DNA of 64,000 nucleotides from a virus. The stretch lies in the IMG/VR virus record IMGVR_UViG_3300009709_000022, positions 1-64,000 of that record. One strand, 5' to 3'. A program made the translations under genes and the position numbers. This document shows positions 24,208-34,231 of this stretch, one piece after another (positions within the stretch are counted from its first letter, which is position 1; each line of letters opens with the position of its first letter). The notes beneath the pieces were generated by a model. The model worked only from the letters and a program-made list of their open reading frames with translations. It made no database searches and was not told where the DNA came from.

Positions 24208-25140
24208 ATGTTTTCGAGAGTGAAAGTTTTTCTCTATGCGTGCATCTGCTTCGTGTTGGGGCATTCCCATGGCGCTGCGCAGGTGATCTCATACACGCCA
24301 CCGAGATACGTTATTGCTGTCTCTGCGGACGGAGGAAACACATACGCACCTTACACGGCGGCGTCGGGTATAGCTCCCGTCGATAAAGCCCCGCCATATT
24401 TCGTCCCCGTGTGTTCTGCCACAGGTCTGCCGCCGTACAGCCAGTGCAACTTTGCTGGTAGCGGAAGCGGCACCGTAACGCCAAGCACGACGGCCGGACC
24501 AAATGTGTACGGCAACACAACATCAGGAAGCAGCACGATTGCTCCACTCACTTCTCCGCAGATCGTTGGCGCGGTAAACATCTCCCCGAGTTCCACATTC
24601 TCGTCGAGCTTAATTCCATGGTCCACTCCTGGAACCATTGGTTCCACCACGCCAAATACCGCGTCGTTCACCACGCTTGCCAACTCGGGGCAGGCCACAA
24701 GCACGGCAGCGTCCGCGGCCAGCACCCCGGCCCGTCTCGACACAGGTACGCTCTACACGGGCGGAACAACCACCACAACTACTCCGCACTGGTATCTCAA
24801 TCAGGGAGCCTCTGTTACATCTTGGCTGGTCACCGGAACGATGTTTGGTATGAACGCCCCAAGCGGGTTCACAGGGCGGTTTCTAGACTTTCATGTGAAT
24901 GGCGGCAACGCTCTGTTCGCTGTGAATAACACGGGAGCGGTCGTCAGTGTCAGTAATTACACGGGCTCTTCTTATAACGCCACCAACACCGCAGGGGGAT
25001 TCGTCGCACCGCTTTATACACCGGCCAGTTCGTCGGCAACATGCACTACCGGCACGATTGCATGGGATGCAAACTACATCTACATCTGCACCGCAACCAA
25101 CACGTTCAAGCGGATACCCGCCGCACTCGCCACCTTCTAG
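24208..25140 (+). CDS. Tail-fibre-like protein
   Basis: IGSTTPNTASFTTL and WDANYIYICTATNT.KR motifs. Confidence 0.65.
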   Translation: MFSRVKVFLYACICFVLGHSHGAAQVISYTPPRYVIAVSADGGNTYAPYTAASGIAPVDKAPPYFVPVCSATGLPPYSQCNFAGSGSGTVTPSTTAGPNVYGNTTSGSSTIAPLTSPQIVGAVNISPSSTFSSSLIPWSTPGTIGSTTPNTASFTTLANSGQATSTAASAASTPARLDTGTLYTGGTTTTTTPHWYLNQGASVTSWLVTGTMFGMNAPSGFTGRFLDFHVNGGNALFAVNNTGAVVSVSNYTGSSYNATNTAGGFVAPLYTPASSSATCTTGTIAWDANYIYICTATNTFKRIPAALATF

Positions 25141-25156
25141 CCTTGGAGCCCGCGTG

Positions 25157-25834
25157 ATGATGAAGCTTATCCTTGCTGCAGCCATTTCCTTCGGTATCGC
25201 CGCTTCCGCCCAAACCGTTGTGGACGGGAGCTTGACCTCGGCGTGTTCCGGAGCGACCGCCACCTTCGACACTGGGTACACCCAAAATGCATGCACCGTC
25301 ACCCAGGCCATAACCACCGTCACCATCCCCAACGGCACCGGTGGAGGCAGGCCGTTCGTACTCAAGATGATCAACCCGTCTGGATACTCCATCTCTGGCT
25401 GGCCATCTACCGTATCCGTGCCGCCGATGGCTCCGGGAACTACTTATCTCCGTGGAATTTGGGACCCTACCGCCAATGGTGGTACTGGAATGTGGGTGTT
25501 TCAGCCGGTGGGAAACCAGAGCTTCTACGGGGCTTCTGGTCTGCTCAGCGGGGGCAAGTGCTGGTTGGGTACGACCACCTCAAACACGTCTGGTGTGGCC
25601 ACCGTCAATTACTCCACAGCCGGTTTCACTGCTGCGCCTCTGGTGTTTATTCAGCCTTACGCGCAGTCGGCTGCGGCCAGTGGACAGTATTGGGCCAATC
25701 CGCAGCAGTCCACCATCACGACAACTGGCGCCACCATCATCGTAACTACCCCAGCCACGGTCGTCGTCGCCAATCTCAGTATTCAGCTTGGTTCCGTGGC
25801 CATCCCGCTTGCTGTTATGGCATGCGGTAATTAA
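25157..25834 (+). CDS. Secreted or virion-associated beta-rich protein
   Basis: Signal peptide; C-terminal GFTAAP.V fibre-tip-like domain. Confidence 0.6.
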   Translation: MMKLILAAAISFGIAASAQTVVDGSLTSACSGATATFDTGYTQNACTVTQAITTVTIPNGTGGGRPFVLKMINPSGYSISGWPSTVSVPPMAPGTTYLRGIWDPTANGGTGMWVFQPVGNQSFYGASGLLSGGKCWLGTTTSNTSGVATVNYSTAGFTAAPLVFIQPYAQSAAASGQYWANPQQSTITTTGATIIVTTPATVVVANLSIQLGSVAIPLAVMACGN

Positions 25835-25838
25835 GGTT

Positions 25839-25860
25839 CAGGGGCGATCGCTCGCCCCTG
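25839..25860. terminator. Hairpin between convergent genes
   Basis: CAGGGGCGA-TCGC-TCGCCCCTG. Confidence 0.65.
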
Positions 25861-25868
25861 ATTTAACC

Positions 25869-26057
25869 TCAGCCGTGGCCGCCACCGCCCGTGGGCGTCG
25901 TGCCACTGCCGTCTTCGCCGTCACCACCGCCGGTATCGGAATTGGTGGACGCAAGTTCAGGAAACAACGTGTCGAGAACCTTCGTGATCTCTTCCTCGCT
26001 GAAATCCTCACTCAGCCGAAGGGTCTCTTCGACCTGGTCGCGATTCAAACATGCCAT
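25869..26057 (-). CDS. Small acidic hypothetical protein
   Basis: RBS AAGGTGA. Confidence 0.5.
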   Translation of the reverse strand: MACLNRDQVEETLRLSEDFSEEEITKVLDTLFPELASTNSDTGGGDGEDGSGTTPTGGGGHG

Positions 26058-26063
26058 CTGTGT

Positions 26064-26561
26064 TCACCTTCTTTCAAGCGCCGGATGCGCTCTTTGAACG
26101 TAGGCGATTCGGCAAAGCAGTACAACCACTACGACGTAAATCCATTGCGACAGGTGCAGCAGTTCTAGCCCATCTTTGTAGTTGAATGGATTCCATATCC
26201 AGTAGCTGTGCAGCTCGGCGTCGAGTTCGAAGGCGAACGCCACAAAGGTCGCCCAGTCCAGGAATCGTGCTTCTTTCATCCACTTTGTCAGTCGCATGAC
26301 GTTTAAGAGCATGATGCACTCAATGGCGATTTCGTACAGATTGAAGTAGCCCCAGATGTGATCAAAGGTGGGAGACCAACTCAACCCGTTACGCCGCGCC
26401 TGAGCCAGCAAAATAACACGCAATGGCCAAAGCACCATCGCATCAAAGAGGAAGGCGCATACTCCAGCGAGAATGCAACCCATACCCGGCGGCCGCCAGC
26501 GAACAAGGCAGAGAAGCAACGCGACGTTCACGAAGAGAGTGGCATAAAATTGCGGTCCCAT
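26064..26561 (-). CDS. Multi-pass membrane protein
   Basis: Several hydrophobic segments. Confidence 0.65.
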   Translation of the reverse strand: MGPQFYATLFVNVALLLCLVRWRPPGMGCILAGVCAFLFDAMVLWPLRVILLAQARRNGLSWSPTFDHIWGYFNLYEIAIECIMLLNVMRLTKWMKEARFLDWATFVAFAFELDAELHSYWIWNPFNYKDGLELLHLSQWIYVVVVVLLCRIAYVQRAHPALERR

Positions 26562-26813
26562 ACCCTAAGCCTAGATTTTCCCTACGTCCTCGTCTACATT
26601 TCGATGTGAAACAAAGGCATCCGGCAGTAATGGCCGGGACCGGAAAGCAATGAACTTCCGGCGTGCTACTTCAATTCAAGGACGTTTCGGTGAAACGACT
26701 TGTGTTGCTTTTGGGTGGAATTCTGCTGTTGGTCCTCGTTGAATTTTGGGGGGTTAAGCATTTCTTTGCCGGCCTTTCTACATCGGCAAAAGAGAGGGTA
26801 GTGACTCAGGACG

Positions 26814-27326
26814 TTGGACGCTAACACCATTTGGATCAGGATTTTCGATCATGGCCTAAGTGCCTTGGCATTTTCGACTATCACGGTCGTCTCGGGCTGG
26901 CTCGCCTCACGGAAATACGTGGGGCATCGGCGGGTGCTTGTTATCACGTGCCTGTTTTCGTTGGTCCGATCAGTGCTGCATGTTTACCTGGCAGAGAGCA
27001 CCTATACCGCGAGTGCGAACCGTGCCGAGGTGACTGCATTGCTGACCATTTCGTGCCTGATCGGCCTCACGATGGCAGTGATCGTTATGCTGTCGGCAAA
27101 CGACATGCTGCGGACACTGACCATGACCGAAGTGGATGAGGTTTTGCGGCAAGACCAGATTCAAGGTGTTCATTCGCGCATGGCGCTCTACGTCCACATG
27201 GCGGAGGAAAACAAGCACAACAGCGTCAACCTTCTCTCTGCAGTGAGTGGAAAAATAGCCACGCACGCAGCCGCTGAGAGTACGAAGGCTGTATCTACGG
27301 AGGAGGGCACGCGATATGGCGGCTGA
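26814..27326 (+). CDS. Membrane protein (lysis region)
   Basis: Three hydrophobic segments. Confidence 0.6.
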   Translation: MDANTIWIRIFDHGLSALAFSTITVVSGWLASRKYVGHRRVLVITCLFSLVRSVLHVYLAESTYTASANRAEVTALLTISCLIGLTMAVIVMLSANDMLRTLTMTEVDEVLRQDQIQGVHSRMALYVHMAEENKHNSVNLLSAVSGKIATHAAAESTKAVSTEEGTRYGG

Positions 27327-27630
27327 TTCTATGCCAATGTGGGCAACTATCGCGTTGGCTCTCGTGAGCCCTATCGGCACGGCGATCGCATTCGTTTTTG
27401 GGCGAATGTCCAGCGCGAGCGTTGACCGAGCAATGCAGAAGCTCTACGAACAGAGGCTTTCCGTGGTAGAGAAGCTTGTGAATGATACGGTCATCACGGT
27501 GTCCAACCATGGGCAGATTCTGTCGATGACACAAACTCGTCTCAGCACCATTGAAGGACAGCTCACCGAATTGATCCAGAGTTCCTCGCGGGATCTCGGC
27601 ATCTTGCTCGAAAGGACGAAGGCACTCTAA
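27316..27630 (+). CDS. Holin-like TM plus coiled-coil protein
   Basis: One TM segment, directly upstream of endolysin. Confidence 0.55.
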   Translation: MAADSMPMWATIALALVSPIGTAIAFVFGRMSSASVDRAMQKLYEQRLSVVEKLVNDTVITVSNHGQILSMTQTRLSTIEGQLTELIQSSSRDLGILLERTKAL

Positions 27631-28217
27631 TGGAACCATTTCAAGAAGCGTATGCAGACGTCCTGATGGGGCCTGGTGGTTTCGAGGGAACTTTCCAGTG
27701 GCCGTATCTGGACACACACAAGCCGCCATTGGTCACGGTAGGAACGGGATGCCAGATTGGGCGCGATGAGGCTGTGACGATCGCATGGACGGTGAACAAT
27801 TTGCCTGCCACGCCGGACCAGGTCTTAACGAACTACGACCGCGTGCAGCACATGGTCGGCGGCATGATAGCAACCGCTTATCGCTATCCCGGTTGCCTTA
27901 TTCTCGCCAGTGGCGAGGACCGCAGGTTGCTGGATTCTCGGATTGAGGATGCTACGGAGTTTTTGCGGGGCCTGTTCCCTGGGTTTGATACGTTTCCCGA
28001 CCCAGCAAAGACGGGGATGCTGGAGATGCCGTTCACACTTGGGAAGGCACGCTTCCGCACCACGTATCCCAGTTTTCGCGTAGCGGTTCTCGATCGGGAT
28101 TGGAAATCCGCCGCCATCCAAAGCGTTCGTAACCGGAATGATCCCGCGTATGTCCGCCGAAACCAGTGGACAGTGATGATGTTCGAGAAAGCCGCCTTGG
28201 AGGAACCACTCACATGA
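27630..28217 (+). CDS. Endolysin, GH24 lysozyme-like
   Basis: FEG....PYLD......TVG.G catalytic pattern; F..AV...DW..AA. Confidence 0.8.
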   Translation: MEPFQEAYADVLMGPGGFEGTFQWPYLDTHKPPLVTVGTGCQIGRDEAVTIAWTVNNLPATPDQVLTNYDRVQHMVGGMIATAYRYPGCLILASGEDRRLLDSRIEDATEFLRGLFPGFDTFPDPAKTGMLEMPFTLGKARFRTTYPSFRVAVLDRDWKSAAIQSVRNRNDPAYVRRNQWTVMMFEKAALEEPLT

Positions 28218-28534
28218 GAAAGTTCAGCAAAAACACAAACACCTGGTTTCGCGGCATCCTCGCTGCCTTTATCGGCGGGGGGGCTTCGTCAGTTGCAGCT
28301 ATTTCCATCGACCCAGATAAGTTCAACCTGACAAGTTTGGCTGGCGCTGGAAAGACCATCCTGCTCGCATGCGTGTCTGGAGGCGTCAACGCGGCGCACT
28401 ATCTCGCCAGGTCTCCACTTCCGCCCGATACGCAGGAAATTAGCGAGACGAAGAAGACAACGGATGGGGATGGAAACCTTATCGAACAGACAAACACCAA
28501 GGCGGTCATTACGACGTCCCAAGGTGGACTGTAG
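28214..28534 (+). CDS. Putative holin
   Basis: Two TM segments, coupled to endolysin. Confidence 0.55.
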   Translation: MRKFSKNTNTWFRGILAAFIGGGASSVAAISIDPDKFNLTSLAGAGKTILLACVSGGVNAAHYLARSPLPPDTQEISETKKTTDGDGNLIEQTNTKAVITTSQGGL

Positions 28535-28542
28535 GAGGAATC

Positions 28543-28701
28543 ATGCATCATCCAGCCCTGGACTCGTTCGCTCTTTGCGCGCTGCTGATCGTCGTAGCGT
28601 CGGTGGTCAGCTTCTTCGTTGGCAAGACCTTTGGGCGGAAAACAAAACAGCCCCGCGATAAGCAGGGCCGTTTTACACCGGAAGACCAATCAGTCGAATA
28701 G
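28543..28701 (+). CDS. Small TM protein (52 aa, below ORF-track cutoff)
   Basis: RBS AGGAGG; MHHPALDSFALCALLIVV...PRDKQGRF. Confidence 0.55.
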   Translation: MHHPALDSFALCALLIVVASVVSFFVGKTFGRKTKQPRDKQGRFTPEDQSVE

Positions 28702-30450
28702 AGCTTCAACCGCTTTGATGTGTCCGTCTGTGGTGACAAGCAGCTTTTGCGCGAGGCGTTGAATGTAGGCGTCTCGCGTGCTGCGCTTGAAGCCCAGCTT
28801 CTCCGTGATTTCGTCACGACTGACCCCACGCTGGCTGCGCGCCGCGAGCTGCAGAATCTTTGCCTCACCCTCTGGCAACTTCGGTATCCACCACGCCAAC
28901 AATGCGCGGCCGGTAGGCAACTTCTCGTACGATCCCAAGGCCTTCAGACCGGTGGTGGTGATCGTGATAGAGTTTCCCATCGCTCCATCGACGTAGCCTC
29001 TTTGTTTCAGTCTTTGGAGGTAAGCATCGCGCGTGCTGCGTTTAAAGCCGGTGTACGCGGTGATGGCGTTGCGCTCCAATGTTCCATGCTGCGCCAGCAC
29101 AATCAGAACGTCGCGCTCTCCCTTTGGGATAGATCCGTCACTGGGCTTTGCGCTGCGTTGCTCTTTGGCGGGGAAATGCACGGTCACACCTGGAGTGGAG
29201 TAGTCAGCGTCTACCTTGCGCTGTAGTTTCCCGTACGTGAGTTGTACGTCGTCAAGCGTTACCGGTGTGCCGATCATTGGCGGTTCCGCGTTGCTGAACA
29301 GGGCTGCCAGTTGGTTGACCAGTTCGCTTGCCTGTGCGAACACGTTCTCGAGCGCGGCACTGCGCGCCTCCTGTGCGGCAACATTCGCCGTCAGCGTCTC
29401 CATCTGCTCTTTGAGCATACGTACCGTCTCCTCGTCCAAAGCGGTTGTTGCCGGCGCCGCGGCAGTGCTGTTTGCTGCCGCCTCCAGCGCCCTGATGCGT
29501 TTCCGAAGCTCCCTCGGGTCGTCTTCCTTCGCACGCTCTATTGTCGCGGCCATGGTGTCGCGCAGATTCGAGATGTCAATGGGGGTCAGTGGGCGTGCCG
29601 CCAGTGGCGTCGAACCCACCTTGGGCGTGCTGCCGGCCGGGAACGTCCTCTTCTTGGCGATCAAGACCTCGCCGCTATACCGAAGCCATGCCGGGGACCA
29701 AACGTGCGCGTGGCCGCGCTGTAGGGCCGGCAGGAGCTTCTTCAGGTCGTCTGCGGCCTCACCTTTTTCTGACACCCAATCCGCAATGGCTTTGATCTCC
29801 TGCGGGCCGGTGAGTTGGAAGGCGAAAACGCACTCGGCCTGGTTGAGTGCTTTCTTGTTCACGTCCTGCGGACGCTGCGAAATCATGGACGCGCCGATGC
29901 CGTAGTTCCGCCCAAGGCGAATCATCCGCTGCATGACGTGCAGCATCCGGATCTCGTCTTTCTGCGGGTTCTGCGGGACGAATTCCTGGGCCTCTTCAAT
30001 GAAGACGTGAACAGGCGATGGCGAAGCTTTTTTGCGGAAGAAAAAGCGGTCTGCGAACGACGTTACGAACCGCGCCTTGTCTGCGTCGCTCTCAAACTGA
30101 GAAACGTCAATCACTGCACAGATGTTGCGATCAACAATGATGTCTGCAATGAGTGCTCCGCCTGTTGGCTCAATCGGCAAGTCTCCATGCAAGCCTCCGA
30201 AGATGGGGATATCGATTCCCTTGCCACCGTCTTCTCCGTCCAGGCGTAGACCGTACCAGATGCCAACCGGGTCCAACGCGATGAACTGATAATTGCGTGC
30301 GCTGTATTCCTCAGCCATCTTGGTGGCGCCGTACGTCTTGCCGCTGCCGCGCCGCCCGATCCATGCAAAGACTTCCGTGACGCCTTCCGGTGGAAGGCTT
30401 AGGGTTGCAGACACCGCCAAGTCGCCCGCGACGAGTAGTTCTTTTGCCAT
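28690..30450 (-). CDS. HerA/FtsK-like (DUF87) ATPase with coiled coil and two C-terminal wHTH repeats
   Basis: GRRGSGKT, VFIEEAQ, GRNYGIG..SQRP; GFKRSTRDAY.QRL twice. Confidence 0.85.
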   Translation of the reverse strand: MAKELLVAGDLAVSATLSLPPEGVTEVFAWIGRRGSGKTYGATKMAEEYSARNYQFIALDPVGIWYGLRLDGEDGGKGIDIPIFGGLHGDLPIEPTGGALIADIIVDRNICAVIDVSQFESDADKARFVTSFADRFFFRKKASPSPVHVFIEEAQEFVPQNPQKDEIRMLHVMQRMIRLGRNYGIGASMISQRPQDVNKKALNQAECVFAFQLTGPQEIKAIADWVSEKGEAADDLKKLLPALQRGHAHVWSPAWLRYSGEVLIAKKRTFPAGSTPKVGSTPLAARPLTPIDISNLRDTMAATIERAKEDDPRELRKRIRALEAAANSTAAAPATTALDEETVRMLKEQMETLTANVAAQEARSAALENVFAQASELVNQLAALFSNAEPPMIGTPVTLDDVQLTYGKLQRKVDADYSTPGVTVHFPAKEQRSAKPSDGSIPKGERDVLIVLAQHGTLERNAITAYTGFKRSTRDAYLQRLKQRGYVDGAMGNSITITTTGLKALGSYEKLPTGRALLAWWIPKLPEGEAKILQLAARSQRGVSRDEITEKLGFKRSTRDAYIQRLAQKLLVTTDGHIKAVEALFD

Positions 30451-30522
30451 ATTATGTTCGTCCTCGCGCAGTCAGCATACACGATGCTTGCATGATCGGT
30501 GAAAGAGTTTTACGCTTCCAGC

Positions 30523-30783
30523 ATGAGCAATCCGACAGGTGAAGCACTCGCAGCCGACCAGCAGCAGCTACAGAAGATCGCGGACCAGATGAAAACCGAA
30601 GCCGAAGCCAAGCTTGGATTCGTGCGCAACGAAGACGGCTCCGTCAACATCAACATCCGCGTTGAGGCAGACATTGTGGAGATTGTTTCGGAATGGGCCA
30701 TTGCCGCCGGCGAAACGGTACCGGAGCGCATTCAGCGTGAAGTTGGCGAGGCGCTCAACAACTACGTCCTGAGCCAAGGCTAA
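30523..30783 (+). CDS. Hypothetical protein
   Basis: ORF after promoter TTGCAT-17-TACGCT. Confidence 0.6.
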   Translation: MSNPTGEALAADQQQLQKIADQMKTEAEAKLGFVRNEDGSVNINIRVEADIVEIVSEWAIAAGETVPERIQREVGEALNNYVLSQG

Positions 30784-31127
30784 TGCCAGTCAACGCCTGG
30801 CAGATCGGTGCGCTGTATCTCCCCGGTGGCCCGGGCGGTTTTTGGACTCAACCCGGTGGCCCGGGCACGGAAGTTTTTCCGCAGCAGCAGACGGGCAACG
30901 TCGATCAGTTCAGCACTGAGCCATACAACGAGCTTACCGGGCAGTTCACCGGTGTCTGCGGCCATAGCTTCAGCTACTGCACCGTGTACCGGGACTATGA
31001 CAACATTGGGCAGACCAGCGTGGCATTGCTGGCATGCCCAATGTGTTCTTGTGTTCAGCGCTCAATCGAGCCGTACAGCGATGCCATTACCGGGTCTGAC
31101 TTGTCAAACTTGATCCTGTACCCGTGA
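30783..31127 (+). CDS. Hypothetical Zn-ribbon protein
   Basis: CGH and CPMC; TAATG coupling. Confidence 0.6.
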   Translation: MPVNAWQIGALYLPGGPGGFWTQPGGPGTEVFPQQQTGNVDQFSTEPYNELTGQFTGVCGHSFSYCTVYRDYDNIGQTSVALLACPMCSCVQRSIEPYSDAITGSDLSNLILYP

Positions 31128-31719
31128 GACGGATGCAGTGCTTGGAGCCATCCTCGGCAGTCATCAGGAAACGTGTTTTATCGACACAGGTGGTGTATTT
31201 GCGACGATGACTTTGGGTCGGCTTACCGTCAACCGCCGGCGGACTATCTTCAACCCAAGTGCATCCTATATCGCACCACATAAACCCGGGATTGCCGTAT
31301 TCCTCTTCAACTGGTGATTCGTCGGGGTTGATCTGGATAATTCCCGCGCCATCGTCTGTCTTGTCCTCAAATATCGGCTTGCCGATGGGGGCATAACGCG
31401 GTTGCGAATCCCATACTATTAGGCACGCAACACCTTCGCCAGATTCACAATTCTCTTTCGTGGAATACAAGCGGCTGATGATGTGGCGCGTTAAAAGATC
31501 TACGCAAGCATTTGTTCCGTCCACGGGTCCATCTTTGCCGCATGGCTTGACCTGCGTGTTCCCGGGATACTTCGCCTGCACGGGGTCAAGAGTAATCCAG
31601 GTCTTTACGACCCTCGGCCAAGCCGTTTTACCAGGGTCTCCATCGCCAGCTTTTTTCTGTTGTGCGCTGCAGAAAAAAGCGCATGTGAGCATGAACATAA
31701 ATGCGGTCGGTTTAAGCAA
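31087..31719 (-). CDS. Secreted Cys-rich hypothetical protein
   Basis: TTG start after AGGAG; signal peptide. Confidence 0.6.
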   Translation of the reverse strand: MLKPTAFMFMLTCAFFCSAQQKKAGDGDPGKTAWPRVVKTWITLDPVQAKYPGNTQVKPCGKDGPVDGTNACVDLLTRHIISRLYSTKENCESGEGVACLIVWDSQPRYAPIGKPIFEDKTDDGAGIIQINPDESPVEEEYGNPGFMWCDIGCTWVEDSPPAVDGKPTQSHRRKYTTCVDKTRFLMTAEDGSKHCIRLTGTGSSLTSQTR

Positions 31720-32212
31720 GATGATTCTCCTGTGGTTGTGCGTCCTTGTCTGGGGCGAGGGTGGCGTCTGCCTTGGCGAGTGCTTCACGCGCCATCTGTT
31801 GAAGTGCGGCGGCGACGAGGTGAAAGTCTCCCGTCCTCAGTGGACGAGCATTGGCAATGGCTTGCAGTGTCCCGGTGGTGACGGCGAGTTTAGATTCTGC
31901 GCGTTCTGCACGCTCCAGTAGAACTTCTTGCTGAGAGATAAGATCGTCGCGCAGCAACTCGCACGATTTATGTGCCTCATCTCGTTCGCGCTCTACCTCT
32001 GCGAGTCGGCGCAGGGCATCGGCAAGTTGGCGCTCACGAGATAATCTGGAAGCGTGCTCATTTCCAATCATCGTCTCCGCTGACCATTGCTTTTGCTGCG
32101 GCGAAAAGTCGTCTTCAATTTCTTTCCCGAGACGTATGCCATATGCAATCCCTACGTTGGTATCTTCTGGAGTTACATCCAATGGTGGAAGTCCTGCGTT
32201 CGTGTCGCTCAT
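31712..32212 (-). CDS. Hypothetical coiled-coil protein
   Basis: Coupled operon ORF. Confidence 0.65.
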   Translation of the reverse strand: MSDTNAGLPPLDVTPEDTNVGIAYGIRLGKEIEDDFSPQQKQWSAETMIGNEHASRLSRERQLADALRRLAEVERERDEAHKSCELLRDDLISQQEVLLERAERAESKLAVTTGTLQAIANARPLRTGDFHLVAAALQQMAREALAKADATLAPDKDAQPQENHLA

Positions 32213-33078
32213 CCCTGCACCTCCGCGTCCTTAGCTAAATAAGGCGTCCCATTGGGGTCCATTACGCATCGTCCGCCCATCTGCGGATAGAAGTGCTCTC
32301 CGAACGATTTTCCGCAATGGCGGCACGCCACTCCTTTCTCCGCGTCCTTGGGTGGGGCGAGGATGGCCAGCGATTTGTGGAATACACTCTCGGCCTCTTC
32401 TACTGTGGGTTTAGCATGCGTAGAGACAATAAACAGGAGTCTTCCCAGCAGGGCCGTCTGTTCTCGCAGCGCCTCGGTGGTGACGGCGAGCTTGGCTTCT
32501 GCGGAATCGGCTCGTTCGATGTTATGCCGCAACACTTCTACAGTGCAGTGGCATCCGTCATAGTACGTGGGACATCCATCTGGTCCTTCATGTGGGCGTG
32601 TATTACCCGCGCCAAGCCCCCTCCGCGCCTCATCGCGTTCGGCCTGCACCTGGCGCAGTTGGAGACTTTCTTTCTCCAGCATCATGCGCAAACTCGCAGC
32701 ATCATTGCGCTCCCGACACCATTCGTTGTTGGCGGTGCGCCATCGTTCGCGCCATTGCTGAATAGTGAGGTTGGGCCAAGGTATGCCGTTCTCGTCTATA
32801 TCTGATTCCGCCTGTGCCGCGCTGGGATGTTCTACTGCCGGGGCAGGGCGCTTGGCGTCCTCCTTTGACCTAGGTAGCAGTCCTAACCCCTTGCATTCAA
32901 CACAAGTGCCATAGCGCCCGCCGTATCCATTACATTTCCAGCACAGTCTTCCATTGCCATTCGGGACTGCGCGTCCCGGATCATCTGCATCACCCACAGG
33001 TTCGCATTCCTGAAGCTCATTGTTGGCTGGGGTACCTAATACGATCTCTTCCGCCGTCTTCTCACTCTGCTTGCGCAT
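32209..33078 (-). CDS. Hypothetical Cys-rich coiled-coil protein
   Basis: CxxC motifs; CPTYYDGCHC. Confidence 0.65.
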   Translation of the reverse strand: MRKQSEKTAEEIVLGTPANNELQECEPVGDADDPGRAVPNGNGRLCWKCNGYGGRYGTCVECKGLGLLPRSKEDAKRPAPAVEHPSAAQAESDIDENGIPWPNLTIQQWRERWRTANNEWCRERNDAASLRMMLEKESLQLRQVQAERDEARRGLGAGNTRPHEGPDGCPTYYDGCHCTVEVLRHNIERADSAEAKLAVTTEALREQTALLGRLLFIVSTHAKPTVEEAESVFHKSLAILAPPKDAEKGVACRHCGKSFGEHFYPQMGGRCVMDPNGTPYLAKDAEVQG

Positions 33079-33257
33079 CTAGTCGTCTCCGTGGGCTTGT
33101 ACTTAGGTTCATGCCAACCGTCTCGCTTGCCGCAGTAGAAGGATCCTTCGGATGTGGCCCATCGGAACACTCTTCCATCTCCCAAGCCATCAGGAACGCG
33201 GGTTTTTATAATGACTTTTCCGCAGTTCCCGCATGTCTCTGTCTGCTGCTTGCTCAT
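33036..33257 (-). CDS. Small Zn-finger hypothetical protein
   Basis: CGNCG; coupled. Confidence 0.5.
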   Translation of the reverse strand: MSKQQTETCGNCGKVIIKTRVPDGLGDGRVFRWATSEGSFYCGKRDGWHEPKYKPTETTRCASRVRRRRKRSY

Positions 33258-33718
33258 CGCTGGGACTCCTTCAGTGCGCGGATGCGTGCTGCAATCTCAT
33301 CTGCCGTTTCACACGCGTATTCCTTGTAGTCCCGGCCATCGCGTTCGTACTTGTCGCAAAGCACCGCAGCTTCTTCCAGCCCCGCAAGGCGTCCAGCAGC
33401 ATAAGCCAGAGGAGCGGCACGCGCAACAGTTTTGAATTTCTCCAGGCTGGGCTTGCTCTGCTCCACCGGAGCGGCGACCTGTAGGCGTAATCGAACCAGA
33501 TCTTCGCGGATTCGTTTGTTCGCCTCAGCGTCTATCCCATCGAGAAACACCCTCGAAACGCTGGCACCTTGTTTGTGTCCCCATTCCCTTGCAACCCGCT
33601 CGCGCATCTCGATGAATAGGAATAACCCCATATCATCAATGTCCATCTCATCCATGCTCGGCTGCGGTTCATGCTGCTGTGTTGCGGTATCTTCACTAGC
33701 CATAAAATCCTCTTTCAC
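33254..33718 (-). CDS. Hypothetical protein
   Basis: GLEEAA.LC....IAARIRALK phage motif. Confidence 0.65.
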   Translation of the reverse strand: MKEDFMASEDTATQQHEPQPSMDEMDIDDMGLFLFIEMRERVAREWGHKQGASVSRVFLDGIDAEANKRIREDLVRLRLQVAAPVEQSKPSLEKFKTVARAAPLAYAAGRLAGLEEAAVLCDKYERDGRDYKEYACETADEIAARIRALKESQR

Positions 33719-34062
33719 TGGTAGAGGTACGCCACACGGCGCGAACCTTTTTCGTTGTTGCAGCGGATGTGAGCTGCACCGTTCATCCTCTTGCCGTCAA
33801 CCTCGATGCGATCGTCACGTTTCGCGCCTCCCATGCCTCGTCCTTGCGCGTGCTCAAACGTGGCATCCTTCTGCTCCATCGGAAGACCGCAAAGGCAACA
33901 CCGGCCATTCTGACGCTGCCACATGAGCTTTGTGCGCCGTTTGTATTCGGCTTTGCCGGCCGCCGTGTCGGCGCAGACCTCGCGCCCATCTTCATAGGTC
34001 TGCACCGCCGGCGCGGGCTCACGCTTCCGGTCTTTTGGCTTGGGAAAGCCTAGTGGTGACAT
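33715..34062 (-). CDS. HNH endonuclease
   Basis: RQNGRCCLCG, ATFEH, AAHIRCNNEKGS. Confidence 0.8.
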   Translation of the reverse strand: MSPLGFPKPKDRKREPAPAVQTYEDGREVCADTAAGKAEYKRRTKLMWQRQNGRCCLCGLPMEQKDATFEHAQGRGMGGAKRDDRIEVDGKRMNGAAHIRCNNEKGSRRVAYLYQ

Positions 34063-34231
34063 ATCTCCTCACATGCGGCGATGATGTCTGCCTGGATGTC
34101 GTCCATGTCCGCGGCGATCAACGTGAGCATGACCAGCTTGCGCTCTGCTGGCGTTGTTGCCCCGGACTCTTTGGTCTCGGCAAACGCACGTCGAGCGATC
34201 ATGCGCGCAATGTTTCCATTGAATGATGTCT

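Noticed and set aside
31873-32505. Short repeat GGTGGTGACGGCGAG in two adjacent genes
   Set aside because: It encodes a shared AE.KLAVTT coiled-coil linker typical of mosaic phage genes, not a DGR or array.
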